This document shows, piece by piece, positions 50,690 to 63,620 of a DNA stretch of 64,000 nt. Each line of letters opens with the position of its first letter. Position 1 is the first letter of the stretch. The notes beneath the pieces were generated by a model, which saw only the letters and a list, made by a program, of their open reading frames with translations, ran no database searches and had not been told where the DNA came from. The stretch is from positions 57,226,001-57,290,000 of the forward strand of contig NC_043001.1 in NCBI RefSeq assembly GCF_006345805.1, read 5' to 3'. The DNA comes from Octopus sinensis. Taxonomy: Eukaryota. A program made the position numbers and the translations under genes.

Positions 50690-52735
50690 AGTTAAATAGG
50701 TAGTTTTACGAATCTAACAGCTGTTTCTGAGAGCTTTGCGGTCCGGATTAATGATACATACTTGGATCCATTATCAGATAACACTGCCTCAGTCTTCAGG
50801 GGAGAATTTTACATTGGAGAATTTTGCATTTGAGGTGTTGACAGGATGGAGTTTAAAGATGGATTGATTTTGTGGAGAGCTAAGTGTGTTAGGAAGGGGA
50901 GTTGGGGTGTTTAGATAGAAAGTAGTAGGAAGAGAAAATCGATTTCAAGCTTAGAGTTAATAAAGCGGTTTGTGATAGTAGTAGAGGTAAAAGGTGGGAG
51001 GAAAGGGGAAGAGTGTTTTATGTAGTATGTAAGTGGTGACCTTTGGAGCAGTTTGTATGAAGGCTTTAGAGTTAAAGGGTGAGGTGATGAAGAGGGCTTG
51101 TAATTAAATAGGAGAAATGTGTTGACTGGTTCAGTAGGGTTAGCGTGATGTAATGTTCAGTAGGAGGGTGATGAGGTCGTCAATAGTAGCTGTTAGTGGA
51201 TGAAAGGAATTGGTTTGGTAGTTTTCGAGGGAGTGGGGATGGTGGGAGGGTCTAAGAGGAAAGTGGGAAGTGACTGATTTGAAGATTTGGAAGAAATTTG
51301 AGATGTCTGTATGGGAAGGAATAACATGTGTGGTCGGTGGTGATTAGTATTTATTAAGAAGTAGGTGGCAAGGCTGACTTTCTTTTAGATTAAGGTTGTT
51401 TGGGTAAGGAAACTTAGGATTATATAGATTTAGCGAAGTGCGTTAAAGTTGAGGAGTTTCTCTGTTTACAAGAATAAATAACACCAAAGAATCATTTGAG
51501 TAATGAGTAGTTGTGAAGGCGAAGATGATTCTTTTAGATATAACTTAAACTCACCGATATTTGCATTTTTTGGGGCAGCTACACTTAATATGAACCAGGG
51601 TAGGGTGTATGGAACATTTTTCAAATTGAGGTTGTGTATGTACGCTGCTAAAAAGGTAGATAGTTTAAAGTTTCGATTAGTGATTGAGTTCATATGCGCA
51701 CGGAAGCGGCGCTTGAAATCAACGATGCCGCCCATATATACCTTTGCTTGATCGGACTGGGGTGTTATCACACGGTACTTGCAGATCACATTTTTGCGCA
51801 GACAGGAACCTGCAAGATGGTATAATTGAGATGCGTGACAGCTGAGTTTGAGATTCGTCGTTTTGGTATTAGTGGGAGAGAACCTAGTGTGTAATTTGCA
51901 TTTATATTAGATTGGGAGGTAGTACTGGAGTTAGTATTTGTTCTTGCATAGGTATGATTGTGGGATATTGGCTTGAGTTTAGTATTATTTCATTGAGGTG
52001 GGTTACTACGGATGGTGTTATTGCTAGTATGTGGGCTAACATGGGGTGAAGTGTAAGAGTTTAGGTGTTCAGAGGACTGTTAGAGTTTTCGTTTATTCGA
52101 GGAGTAGAGTATGGCTCCTAAATTAGATGTGGTGGAGTAGGAGATTGTCATAGATGATTTGTTAAAGATGGGATGGTATTTATGTTGTGATTGAAAATTA
52201 GATTTTAGAATTTTATCGAAATGTTTAAGTAGCGATTTAAGGGTGGTGCAAGCCATAAGATTTTACGCTTCCTGGCCTTCGGATGATTAGAGAGGACATT
52301 TATGCATTGAAAAGATTGTCAGATTGTGGTTGGGTTTATGGAAAGGATCGTATAGATTTGTGTTTAAGTCGAGAGTAAAGTCTGAAAATTGGCCGTCTTA
52401 GTGTCAATTTCGAATGAAATACTTAGGTTGCAATTTTTAAGGAATTTTAGCAGGGCTTTCTTGATACGTTCCACTGACGGTCGAGATAATCCAGTTACTG
52501 AAAGGAATGCGTCATACTTGTAATAGTCCTCCGGACACTTTGAAGAAGTGTTGTTTAATTTAGGAGAGAAGAAATAGGCTCATAGGTCTGTGACCTGGGC
52601 TGTGCCCCATGAGCCCATGATTATATCGAAGTAATCCGTAGATGTGATACGGGTCGAACTATTATCTTTAGAGTGAATGAGAGTTTTCTTCGCAGTTAGG
52701 ATGATATTGATATCTGTCGGTCTCATCTGCCAAAC
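50690..52735 (-). mobile_element. Penelope-like element, Naiad/Chlamys-like RT with C-terminal GIY-YIG, 5'-truncated and decayed
   Basis: IILTAKKTLI..YFDIIMGSWGTAQV (FDVTMGS.DGAE type), KPN..SNHP, RKRKILW..PP, IFNKS...ISYS, GSCLRKNVICKYRV...VYMG..DFKRRFRAH; hammerhead-like CTGATAA..GAAACAGCTGT at 50712-50782. Confidence 0.85.
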
Positions 52736-52980
52736 CGCTAACTTACGGGGACGTAAACGTATGAACAGCGGTTGTCAAGCGGTGGGGGGACAAGTACAGA
52801 CACAGATGCAAATGAACACAAAGATATACATACATACATATATGCATGCATACATGCATACACATACATACATATATATATGCATACACACACACATACA
52901 GACACACACATGTATATATATATTACGGAGATGTACTTGCATACCAAGTGACCTGATCTGAGATCGTGTGGAGAAACGAA
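52735..52980 (-). mobile_element. SINE family B fragment with internal microsatellite
   Basis: CCGCTAACTTACGGGGACGTAAAC...GGTTGTCAAGCGGTGGGGG matches 1000-1050. Confidence 0.65.
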
Positions 52981-53141
52981 AACAATTGCAGCGTAGAATG
53001 TGTTTATAAGCCATTTAAGAAACACACAAAAACCTTTAGATTCACTTCAACATTTAAATTTAATTTGTCAAAATATTTTCGTCGCTTTCAGACTGCGACC
53101 TGTTCACTGAAAAAATTCGATGCTGCATCACGCAGCAATTG

Positions 53142-53248
<107 letters not shown>

Positions 53249-53749
53249 CAATACAAACTGGGACAAGAACGCAAAATATTTAGAAGACGATACAAAAAAA
53301 CACGGACGGGACATTCGAAGCCTTCAATCAGTCAAGAAACGGATCATCCTCGCAATTTCGGCTGATTAATCTTGATATTGCTCCGATCTGGCCAGCCCCA
53401 AAGGGAAATCTAAGCCAAGCGCATTAGATTCCTTGGAAGAAAGCCTCGAATGTATACAAAACAAGGACGGAAAAACGGAAAAATACATAAAAACAATAAT
53501 GATAATAATAATAACAAAAACAGGACGTTACAGACAGGCGTCTTTCGATTGTGTCTGTGGGAGTCATTCCCTTTTAGTGCCTTATTACTTAACTCACACT
53601 GTTTCGATTTCCACTCATATACTTACACTTTTTTTCTAAAATGTTCGTTAGGTCTTGCAACATTTTAAATAGTCGTTAATTCTGTTCCTTATCAGAGCTG
53701 CTTTCTTATTGTTTGTTTGTGCGTATGTGCATGCGTCAGTGTGAATGTA

Positions 53750-54217
53750 TTTATGTATGTATGTATGTATGTATGTATGTATGTAGGTAGGTAGGTATGT
53801 ATGTATGCATGTAAGTATGTATGTATGTGTGTATGTTTTTATTGGTGTGTGTATGTGCTTGTTTATCAGTATTTTCTATGTACCTATCTCTATCCATCTG
53901 TTTACTTACATATCCATGTACCTATATATATATATTATGTGTGTGTGTGGTGTGTGTGTGTGTGTGTATGTGTATGTATATATATATGTATATATAAGAA
54001 TAAATATATATGTCTATATATATGTGTGTGTGTGTATATATGTATATATATATGTGTATGTATATATATATGTGTATGTATATATATATGCATATACATA
54101 TATGTATATATGTATATATATTTATGTATATATATACATAAATATATACATATACATATATGCATATGCGTATATATATATATATTTATGTATATATATA
54201 TATATATATTTATATGT

Positions 54218-54284
<67 letters not shown>
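53750..54284. repeat. (TATG)n/(TA)n/(TG)n microsatellite block
   Basis: Directly visible. Confidence 0.95.
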
Positions 54285-54885
54285 GGGCAGTGAAGAAATA
54301 AGAAACGTTAGCACGCTTGGTGAAATGCATGGCGGTATTTCGTCTGCCGTTACGTTCTGAGTTCAAATTCCACCGAGGTCGATTTTGCCTTTCATCCTTT
54401 CGGGGTCGATTAAATAAGTACCATTTACGCACTGGGGTCGATATAATCGACTTAATCCGTTTGTCTTTCCTTGTTTGTCCTCTCTGCGTTTAGCTCCTTG
54501 TGGGTAGTAAAGGACTAGGTATTTCGTCTGTTGCTACGTTCTCTGTTCAAATTCTGCCGAGGTCGACTTTACCTTTCATCCTTTCGGGGTCAATAAACTA
54601 AGAACCATTTGCATACTCGAGGTCGATCTAATCAACTGGCCTCCACCCCAGAATTTCGGGCCTTGTGCGTAGATTAGAAATAAACAGTCTACTACACGAA
54701 AGCGGTGAGCTGTAAGAATCATTACAACGCTGGACGAAATATTTAGCGGTATTTCGTCTGGCGCTATGATCTGAGGTCAAATTCCGCCGAGGCTGACATT
54801 GCATTTCATCCTTTCGTGCTCGCTGAATCGACTAGCTCCCTACCCCCAAAGTTTCAGGCCTTGTGCTTATTGTAGAAAGGAATAT
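54285..54885 (+). mobile_element. SINE family A cluster (head plus two units, then a further copy)
   Basis: Units at 54285-54515, 54518-54685 and 54699-54885. Confidence 0.88.
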
Positions 54886-55987
54886 TCTACTACACGATGT
54901 TTAAAAGTCATGTAACCGCGTTCCCCAACTACATTCTCAGTAGACACTCACACACTTTCCACCTTCATTTTCCTCTCTCAAGATACCCCGCTGCACTAAG
55001 TAAGTTCTGTTTCTCTCTCTCTCTTTCTCTCTTCCTCTATCTCCCTCTCTCTCTCTCCGTCTCTCTCAACAACACACTACATAACATTTGCCCTTTGCAT
55101 ATTAATATATAGAAAATAATAATCATGATCAACATCACTATCGTCGTAATCGTCTTCGTCTTCTTTGTGGTTATGGTGACGATCGTCATCACACTCGTTG
55201 AAGTCTTCGTCGTCAACTGATTATTTGCTATAATTAATATGTTATAATGTCAATAAGGTGTAAAATGTTGAGAACCATTTCTCCGTTTGTTGCTCTCTGG
55301 TATATGGGAAACAGTGTTTTACATGTCAACAATTCAATATTCGTAACTATATGTATATGTTTAAAACAGAAAATAAGCTGCAAAATTATATGTAATTCTC
55401 AAGTGATGAATGGTGAGCTATTACCTCTAGTTTAAATAAGTAAACTACTTGTTTAAGCTAACAGTAAAACCACATCACCACTTTAAACGATGATTATTTA
55501 GTTGTTCGGCCTACTAAAATCCTTCTCGTAAATTAATTTGTGTTAGAAGTATACTCACAACAAAATCTCTGTTGGATTCAACAGGATATTATGTCGCAAA
55601 GCTGGACATTTAAATATAAGCACAATTCAGAAAAAAATGTAGATTGGTCAATGGATAAATAGATAGTGATGGATAAAGAGGTCAATCATAGAGAATTGAT
55701 AGATCATTCATCAATCTTAAAAGTATGGCACGTGATTTTTGAACTTGGTGTGTTTGGAACACAGACTGCTGAAAATCAGAACCGATACAAGCAATTCTAA
55801 CCCATCCTACGAATTTGTCAATCTGAAGTGTAATTTCATTTATAAAGGAACTAGCTGACCTCGTGCCATCAATAATGACGGCTAATAATAATAATATATA
55901 ATAATATATATGTGTGTGTGTGTCCCTCCCCACACTGCATGGTGACCTATGTTGTTGTGTCGATCTTGACACAAGGTACATCTAAGA

Positions 55988-56031
<44 letters not shown>

Positions 56032-56052
56032 CTGTGTGTGTCTGTCTGTCTG

Positions 56053-56089
<37 letters not shown>

Positions 56090-56116
56090 ATATCTATGTA
56101 TATATATATATATAGT

Positions 56117-56261
56117 GGCGCAGGCGTAGCTGCGTAGGAAGGAACTTGCTTCCTCACTACATGGTTCTTGTTTCAGCCCCTCTGCGTCGCATCTCGTGCC
56201 AGCGCCTTCTATTATAGCCTCGGTCCAATCAAATCCTTTTCCCTGAATTTAGTAGACGAAA

Positions 56262-56295
<34 letters not shown>

Positions 56296-56625
56296 GATAC
56301 ATACATACATACATACATATATGCATACATATATGTACATATATACACATATAGATATATACATATATAAATATTTATATACATATATACATACTCACTC
56401 ACTCATATACATATGTGTGTGTTTGTCCATCCCCCACACTACATGTTGACCGGTGTTGTTGTGTTTACGTGATCGTAAGCTAGCGGTCCGGTGAAAGACA
56501 CCTATGTAGTAAGTACCAAGCTTAAAAGAAAAGTACTGGGGTCGATTCATTCGACTACAATTCTTCAAGAATGTGCCCCACCATGGCCACAATGTAATGA
56601 CTAAAACAAGTGAAGGATAAAATAT
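56117..56625 (+). mobile_element. SINE family B with internal (CATA)/(TA) microsatellite
   Basis: Head GGCGCAGGCGTAGCTGCGTAGGAAGG..., body ...AAGTACTGGGGTCGATTCATTCGACT...CATGGCCAC...GACTAAAACAAGT. Confidence 0.75.
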
Positions 56626-57355
56626 TAAAGGTAAACCTGTTATATTAAGTACATTGTAGAAACTCTATGTGGTCTATTGTCTAGTAAAATTAGACACGTC
56701 TCTGAAACTTCCAGTTTTGTTCAAAAAATTGGGCATAATTTATAGTATAGACGTTTGTCGTATTGTGTTGAATGTGACTGAAATGTCTTGTTCGTACTAC
56801 TGCTCAGTGTGCTTGACCTTAGCTTTAATAACTACAACAATAACATTTTAATCGTAACATCGGACATTTTTTCCTTGTTCTCCATTTTGGCAAAGGAAAA
56901 TTGAATACAAACTAATTTTGGGGAAATCGTCCCGTTTGTTGCAAATACTCAAATTTTGGAGGTAAACAACTTAAATAATAAACGAAAAAAAAATGATGTT
57001 TATTAGTAATTCATCTAGATAATGTTTTGTTTACTTGTTATATTACAAAGATTTTTATGTTTTCGTTTAATTTACTTTCAAAATATTCACGTAATTTATG
57101 TGATTTCTTAAATTATTTTTACCAGATTTATTGTCTAGTTTTTATCTTATTTCGATTACTTAATCTTGTAAAAGATTGAAATGATGGAAATAAACATAGG
57201 AACATTTTTTGGAAAATCTTCTTAAGAAGAACTGAGCCTACAGTCGTTATCAAGAGGAATAAGAGAATATTGGCAAAAGAAATGTAAATAAAAGTAATTA
57301 TTAAAAGAAAAATCTATACGTCTATATGTGAGCGCGTATACACACACACGCACTC

Positions 57356-57388
<33 letters not shown>

Positions 57389-57451
57389 AACACGTATATA
57401 AATATAAGTAAACATATATATATATATATATATATAATATATATATATAGT

Positions 57452-57454
<3 letters not shown>

Positions 57455-57489
<35 letters not shown>

Positions 57490-57544
57490 TTTAGACAGAT
57501 ACATGCATGCATTGGTAGTTACACAAACGAACACATATATATAT

Positions 57545-57588
<44 letters not shown>

Positions 57589-58113
57589 TATATATGTAGA
57601 GAGAGAGAGAGACGGAGAGAGAGAGATATAGATAAATAGATAGATAGATAGATATGCATATATGCATACACACATACATATATACATATGTAGGTATATC
57701 AATGAATGTTGTTGTTGTCTCCATATAAATTCCATATGTATGTGAGGGTGTATATGTGTGTGTGTGTAAAATGTAATAATACATATATGAATGTTATTAC
57801 ACAATTACTCACAAAAAACATAAGAAACCGTTACACAGTCACACACACACACACCACAGAAAAATACTTGTATTGACTTAAAATTCAATTTATTTCCATT
57901 TCTATATTTATATTTTACATTTTGCATTTTATATGCTTGTGCATCTGTGTGCTTCTACGTCTCTGTAAGTGTCTGAATGAATTAATAATGAAATAGATAT
58001 AATGTATATTTACAAACACATAAACTCACGTGTATGCCTCACTAAAACATCCGCACAAAGGTACGCATATGATTTTATACATATATACATACATTATATA
58101 TATATATATATAT

Positions 58114-58161
<48 letters not shown>

Positions 58162-58237
58162 ATATATATATATATATATATATGTATATGTATATGTATA
58201 TGTCGCTGTCTATCTAAATAATTCTTTCAGTATACAT

Positions 58238-58275
<38 letters not shown>

Positions 58276-58333
58276 GCCTTTAGACAGATACATGCATGCA
58301 TTGGTAGTTACACAAACGAACACATATATATAT

Positions 58334-58384
<51 letters not shown>

Positions 58385-58877
58385 GAGAGAGAGAGAGACG
58401 GAGAGAGAGAGATATAGATAAATAGATAGATAGATAGATATGCATATATGCATACACACATACATATATACATATGTAGGTATATCAATGAATGTTTGTT
58501 GTTGTCTCCATATAAATTCCATATGTATGTGAGGGTGTATATGTGTGTGTGTGTAAAATGTAATAATACATATATGAATGTTATTACACAATTACTCACA
58601 AAAAACATAAGAAACCGTTACACAGTCACACACACACACCACAGAAAAATACTTGTATTGACTTAAAATTCAATTTATTTCCATTTCTATATTTATATTT
58701 TACATTTTGCATTTTATATGCTTGTGCATCTGTGTGCTTCTACGTCTCTGTAAGTGTCTGAATGAATTAATAATGAAATAGATATAATGTATATTTACAA
58801 ACACATAAACTCACGTGTATGCCTCACTAAAACATCCGCACAAAGGTACGCATATGATTTTATACATATATACATAC

Positions 58878-58913
<36 letters not shown>

Positions 58914-58921
58914 TATATATA

Positions 58922-58981
<60 letters not shown>

Positions 58982-59014
58982 CGCTGTCTATCTAATAATT
59001 CTTTCAGTATACAT

Positions 59015-59040
<26 letters not shown>
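57455..59040. repeat. Two tandem copies of a roughly 785-bp microsatellite-rich unit
   Basis: TGCCTTTAGACAGATACATGC at 57486 and 58275; TCGCTGTCTATCTA at about 58203 and 58981. Confidence 0.92.
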
Positions 59041-59045
<5 letters not shown>

Positions 59046-59082
59046 CATACATACATAGAGGAAGAGACATATACCAGTCACT

Positions 59083-59146
<64 letters not shown>

Positions 59147-59507
59147 TTGTGCGTGTGTAGTACACACATACATACATATATCATACGTAGACATATACAT
59201 TTATATTGGCTGTCTGAATGTATTTTTCAATGTGTATTGCTAACTTTGATAAACTGAGTGCAAGAAGATGAAAAGTAAGAAAAGTTGATAAAAAGCTTTT
59301 AAATTGAAATGTTAACTAGATGTCTGGGAAGAAACAGGGCATGTAATTTCTTTATTCGGTGCTAGATTATTCGAACTAGGTTTCTACATGTCATCAGACT
59401 GGTAACAAGGAAGGCAAATATATATGTACTCTATACATACACATAGACATAGGTGTGTTGGTGTGTATTTTTATTTTTTGTATGAAAATATATTGGTATG
59501 CGTATAC

Positions 59508-59553
<46 letters not shown>

Positions 59554-59924
59554 GTTTATGTGTGTGTATATATGTATGTGTGTGTGTATGTGTGTATGTG
59601 CTTAATAGAGGCAGTTTCCACGAATATATTAGCAGATCTCACCGCAATATCGAGATTCCTGTTATGCTGTTCGGCATCATGTGCTTGCATCTTTTACTCT
59701 GACTTCATATCTGTTCCAGACATCTGCGCAAGTAATGTGGACGGAAAATACGTGGGCTGTCATCAGAAGATATGAAATTGTAATTGCAAAGGACCCGTCA
59801 CATTATAATATCAAGAACTATACGGCTCAGGATTAAAAGTGCCAATCAACTGTATTTCCATTCACCAAAAAAGGCCCGACTCGTTAGTCTATTTGTCATA
59901 TGCATTTATGCGTTCATATGCTAG

Positions 59925-59956
<32 letters not shown>

Positions 59957-59961
<5 letters not shown>

Positions 59962-60091
59962 TATTTACATTTGACAGATATTTGTCCTCATCTTGTTTGT
60001 TGTTAACACAACGTTTCTGCTGATATACCCTCCAGCCTTCATCAGGTGTCATGCGGAAATTTCGAACCTGGGTTCTCATTCCCAATGTATC
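59957..60091 (-). mobile_element. Hammerhead-bearing PLE-tail module (copy 3)
   Basis: Reverse complement GGAATGAGAACCCAGGTTCGAAATTTCC..GACACCTGATGAAGGCTGGAGGGTATATCAGCAGAAACGTTGTGTTAAC. Confidence 0.88.
60005..60050 (-). ncRNA. Minimal type I hammerhead motif (core intact, mismatch at base of stem II)
   Basis: GACAC-CTGATGA-A-GGCTG..CAGCA-GAAA-CGTT-GTGTT. Confidence 0.65.
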
Positions 60092-60221
60092 TTCTTCTTC
60101 TTCTTCTTCTTCTTCTTCTTCTTCTTCTTCTTCTTCTTCTTCTTCTTCTTCTTCTTCTTCTTCTTCTTCTTCTTCTTCTTCTTCTTCTTCTTCTCCTTCT
60201 TCTCCTTCTTCTTAACCACTA

Positions 60222-60346
60222 CGCCATGGCGTAGTGGTTAAAAGGGTAGGCTACTAGCCCCAAGATTCCGAGTTCGATTCCAGGCAGTGACCTGAATGAT
60301 GATGATGATGATGATGACAAGGATGATGGTGACGATGATGATGATG

Positions 60347-60424
<78 letters not shown>

Positions 60425-60444
60425 GTAATAATAATAATAATAAC

Positions 60445-60512
<68 letters not shown>

Positions 60513-60520
60513 TAATAATA

Positions 60521-60611
<91 letters not shown>

Positions 60612-60746
60612 TACATCGAAAAATACCTTAGGAATGAGAACCCAAGTTCGAAATTTCCCCATGATACCTGAAAGGTTGTGCTAACTACAAACAAGATGGG
60701 GACAAATATCCGTCAAATGTAAATAATGTAAATAACGTACATAATT
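60222..60746 (+). mobile_element. Composite SINE: tRNA-like head + (GAT)n/(AAT)n + PLE-tail module (hammerhead core deleted)
   Basis: TGGCGTAGTGG...GAGTTCGATTCC (60227-60280), microsatellite 60298-60612, then ACATCGAAAAATACCTTAGG...CAAATGTAAATAATG. Confidence 0.82.
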
Positions 60747-61084
60747 GTTCATAACTTGAATTTTGACTTGTATATATAGATACATGCAAGTTACCAGGTA
60801 TCGAGTTGTAGGAAGAAAGTTAGCTTCTTCGAGCAATCCGTAATGAATATAAAAAAAACAACTTTCAGGAAAATCTGTGGTTTATTGAGACATAAGGTTG
60901 CCGATCTTTTTTTTTTTATCGAAGAACGATGACCTGAAAAACAGTTCATTTTCTATTCCTCTGTAGGTAACTAAGGTTGCCGACTGTACGAAAAAGTATA
61001 CAAGATTTAAGGATGTATTATGGGGAATCCGGGATACATATGTTTCATATATATACATACACACATATATATATGTGTGTGTGT

Positions 61085-61122
<38 letters not shown>

Positions 61123-61914
61123 TGTGTGTGGTTGACGTTATTCATTAAAACTTATTGAAACTTCAAACCTTCTTACAAAGTCGTTGTTGTGATGTTTTAC
61201 GTTCATTTTGTGATAAACACATACTACACAGGCAATGCCAATTTCCAAATCCTGTTTCCTGAATGGGTACTAATTATCATAGTTTAAACCTCTGTAGAGT
61301 CTTTGCTAATTTTTTCCAGAACAAGCGAATAACAAGATCAGTTTCAGCATAAAAAATTACATCAATATAGCTAACTTGAAAGTTTTCACTTAATTGTAAA
61401 ATTTCAAAAATTCTGACTGCAACACGAAAGATCCGTATGTCGCAAAACGCTAGCAATTGTAAAATAGAAGCACAATATACAGCAGCATCTACAGGAATGC
61501 CTAGAGGTCTAAGCACATGCGTTATACTTTAGTTGATAGACCCTCTATGCATCGTCTTATTGATTTGAATTTGTCAGTAATGTTAATTTTCGACATAAAC
61601 ACAACGTTCTAAATATTCGTGTAAATATGCATACGATAAATTCATCCCTTGTGTGTCAATGGTCTTTCATTATATCCACCCAAGAAATATGATAATCAAA
61701 ATTGATCTCACCTTAATCTGATATCAAAACTTAGTCTCAGGACAAATATAAGGACTTCTTTGCAACGTCCAAAGGATTCTATGATTTTGACATGTGGAAT
61801 GCAAAAGTTAAAATGCTTACATTACTAGTTGGAGTGTGAAAATGCATGACGTGGTCTCTTTAACAAATAATCATCTCTACTACATAGAAATTTTGTGAGG
61901 AGGTGTATATTTGA

Positions 61915-62075
61915 TTACATCGACCTCAGTGCTCGACTGGTACTTATTTTATCGACCCCGAGAGGATGAAATGAAAGTCTACCTCAGTAGAATTAGAATA
62001 CATAATCTAAAGACGGACGAAATGCCGCTAATGATTTTGTCAGGTACGCTAACGATTCTGCCGGCTCGCCGTCTT
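61915..62075 (-). mobile_element. SINE family A
   Basis: Reverse complement GACGGCGAGCCGGCAGAATCGTTAGCG...GGGGTCGATAAAATAAGTACCAGTCGAGCACTGAGGTCGATGTAATC. Confidence 0.85.
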
Positions 62076-62099
62076 TTCTCTAACAAATAATGCAGTGGA

Positions 62100-62625
62100 A
62101 AATGGTTACCAATGATTTGTATTTTCTTGCACAGCTGTAATATATTTTTGTTTGTCGATCTGGTGGAAGGGGTAACTCCCATGTCCCTTGCAGGCAGTCA
62201 GCCCCAAATCTGTTTGGGATTGATGCTTATCATACGCCGTTTAAATAATTGGTTGGCATTACCGAGTATAGAGATGTATGGAGAGATAATGTTTTTGGAA
62301 ACGAAGGTTTGAAAAGAGGGTTGGACGCAAAATTTAACAAAAGGAAGTGGGATGGGATGTTGAAAAACATGGAAAAGACACAAAGGGGACAACATGTGCC
62401 AGCCAGAAGTTGAAGTATATACCATATTGATGGAGTACTGAGGCGAGTGGTCATTCCAAAGGTGCGACCCAGGATTTCAGTGTGCGTAGCAGCAGCGCTC
62501 TCGGAAATGTGGCAGCAGTACTTCATTGGTGGCCTCATTAAAGCCTTATAAATTGCCAGGAGCTATTGATAGCTCACAATTTTTCTAGCTCTAAAGAGAC
62601 GGGTTAGTTTTTTAAAAATCGGTCC
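62100..62625 (-). mobile_element. CR1/L2-like LINE 3' fragment
   Basis: KKLTRLFRARK..LLAIYKALMRPPMKYCCHI...THTEILGR matches the post-RT region of CR1/L2/Jockey-group ORF2. Confidence 0.7.
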
Positions 62626-63249
62626 TAGTTATAATAAAGATGTACTGTTCCTATATGATATTCTTATTTCGAGTAAATCTCAACATTTGGAGTGGCTTTG
62701 AAGGCTAGAGTTCTGTATATTGGTATTATGTTTATAGTGAGTATAAAATGTGAAGTAACTATTTATAGATCTTTCGCTTTCGGTTTTGTTTGGTGCCCAC
62801 CGCAGACAATGTATTAACTCTTACTACCCTACATTATTATTAGGTAGAAAGAGAGGATGAAATAGTCGTCCACCAAGATGAATGGATAAAAAGAGTAAGA
62901 GTTCACTATTCATAAGTTTTTGTTGATGTTATTGAGAGAATGAAGGGTAATGCCTATAGCCATTTACTCTTAGAGTACCTTCAAGACAAGCGATAAGAAG
63001 AGAGTAACTTTTTATTCTGGATTCCTGACTTCAATGCTTATGACAGAAGCATTGAAAACTAGTTGACGTGTTTAACTACGCAGTACATAAAATCAATCAC
63101 TCCAGAAATCTAAGTAACGTCATATGTTTACTCATCACATGTTTATGCAAATCCAATAATCTTCGCTCTGCAATGATATATTTTGCTATCGACCCCAAAA
63201 CGTGGGGAGTTCACAACACAGAAAACCAGAACACATATCCAAGGCCTTT

Positions 63250-63620
63250 TCTTCTACGGTCTTGTGACTTTGTGAGCAACATGTCATCGGAATATAGAAT
63301 TATTTGTAGGCCGCAGTGTTGCCATAAATGATAGCAAATGAGATAGACAACACTTAAAGCACTCAAAGAGAAATTGGTTTTCTTAGAGCAGGCAAATGGG
63401 TATAACTATTACACAAAGCAGGTGCTGTCCATCTGACATGCTCCTGCAGTTTTCTGCAATATCTTACGCGTAAAATACCAGATAAAATGGGGTTGAAATT
63501 TTATGCATTTCTAGATTGAAGATTTAAGGAATCAGGAAATGTTTTCCAGAGACAGCATCACTGACAATGTCAAATATACTTTGTTATTGAACGGTGAAAA
63601 TAGATATTCTTGCAATGTAG
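63250..63620 (+). mobile_element. Possible decayed piggyBac transposase fragment
   Basis: CSFLQYLTRKIPDKMGLKFYAFLD (63430-63516) resembles C.F.QY.P.KP.KYGIK..D; downstream RDSITDN resembles GRNITTDN. Confidence 0.4.

Noticed and set aside
52575-52600. In-frame TGA in the Naiad-like RT as possible selenocysteine
   Set aside because: It is not at a conserved Cys position and lies in a frameshifted, decayed segment.
53801-54432. 160-aa Y/I/C/V/H-rich ORFs (also 57451-59243)
   Set aside because: Dinucleotide microsatellite translations.
59632-59835. Segment open in three plus-strand frames
   Set aside because: No recognisable protein and no clear splice pair.
61277-61516. 79-aa ORF with plausible composition
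   Set aside because: No motif recognised and no supporting neighbouring exons; it needs a BLAST search to revisit.
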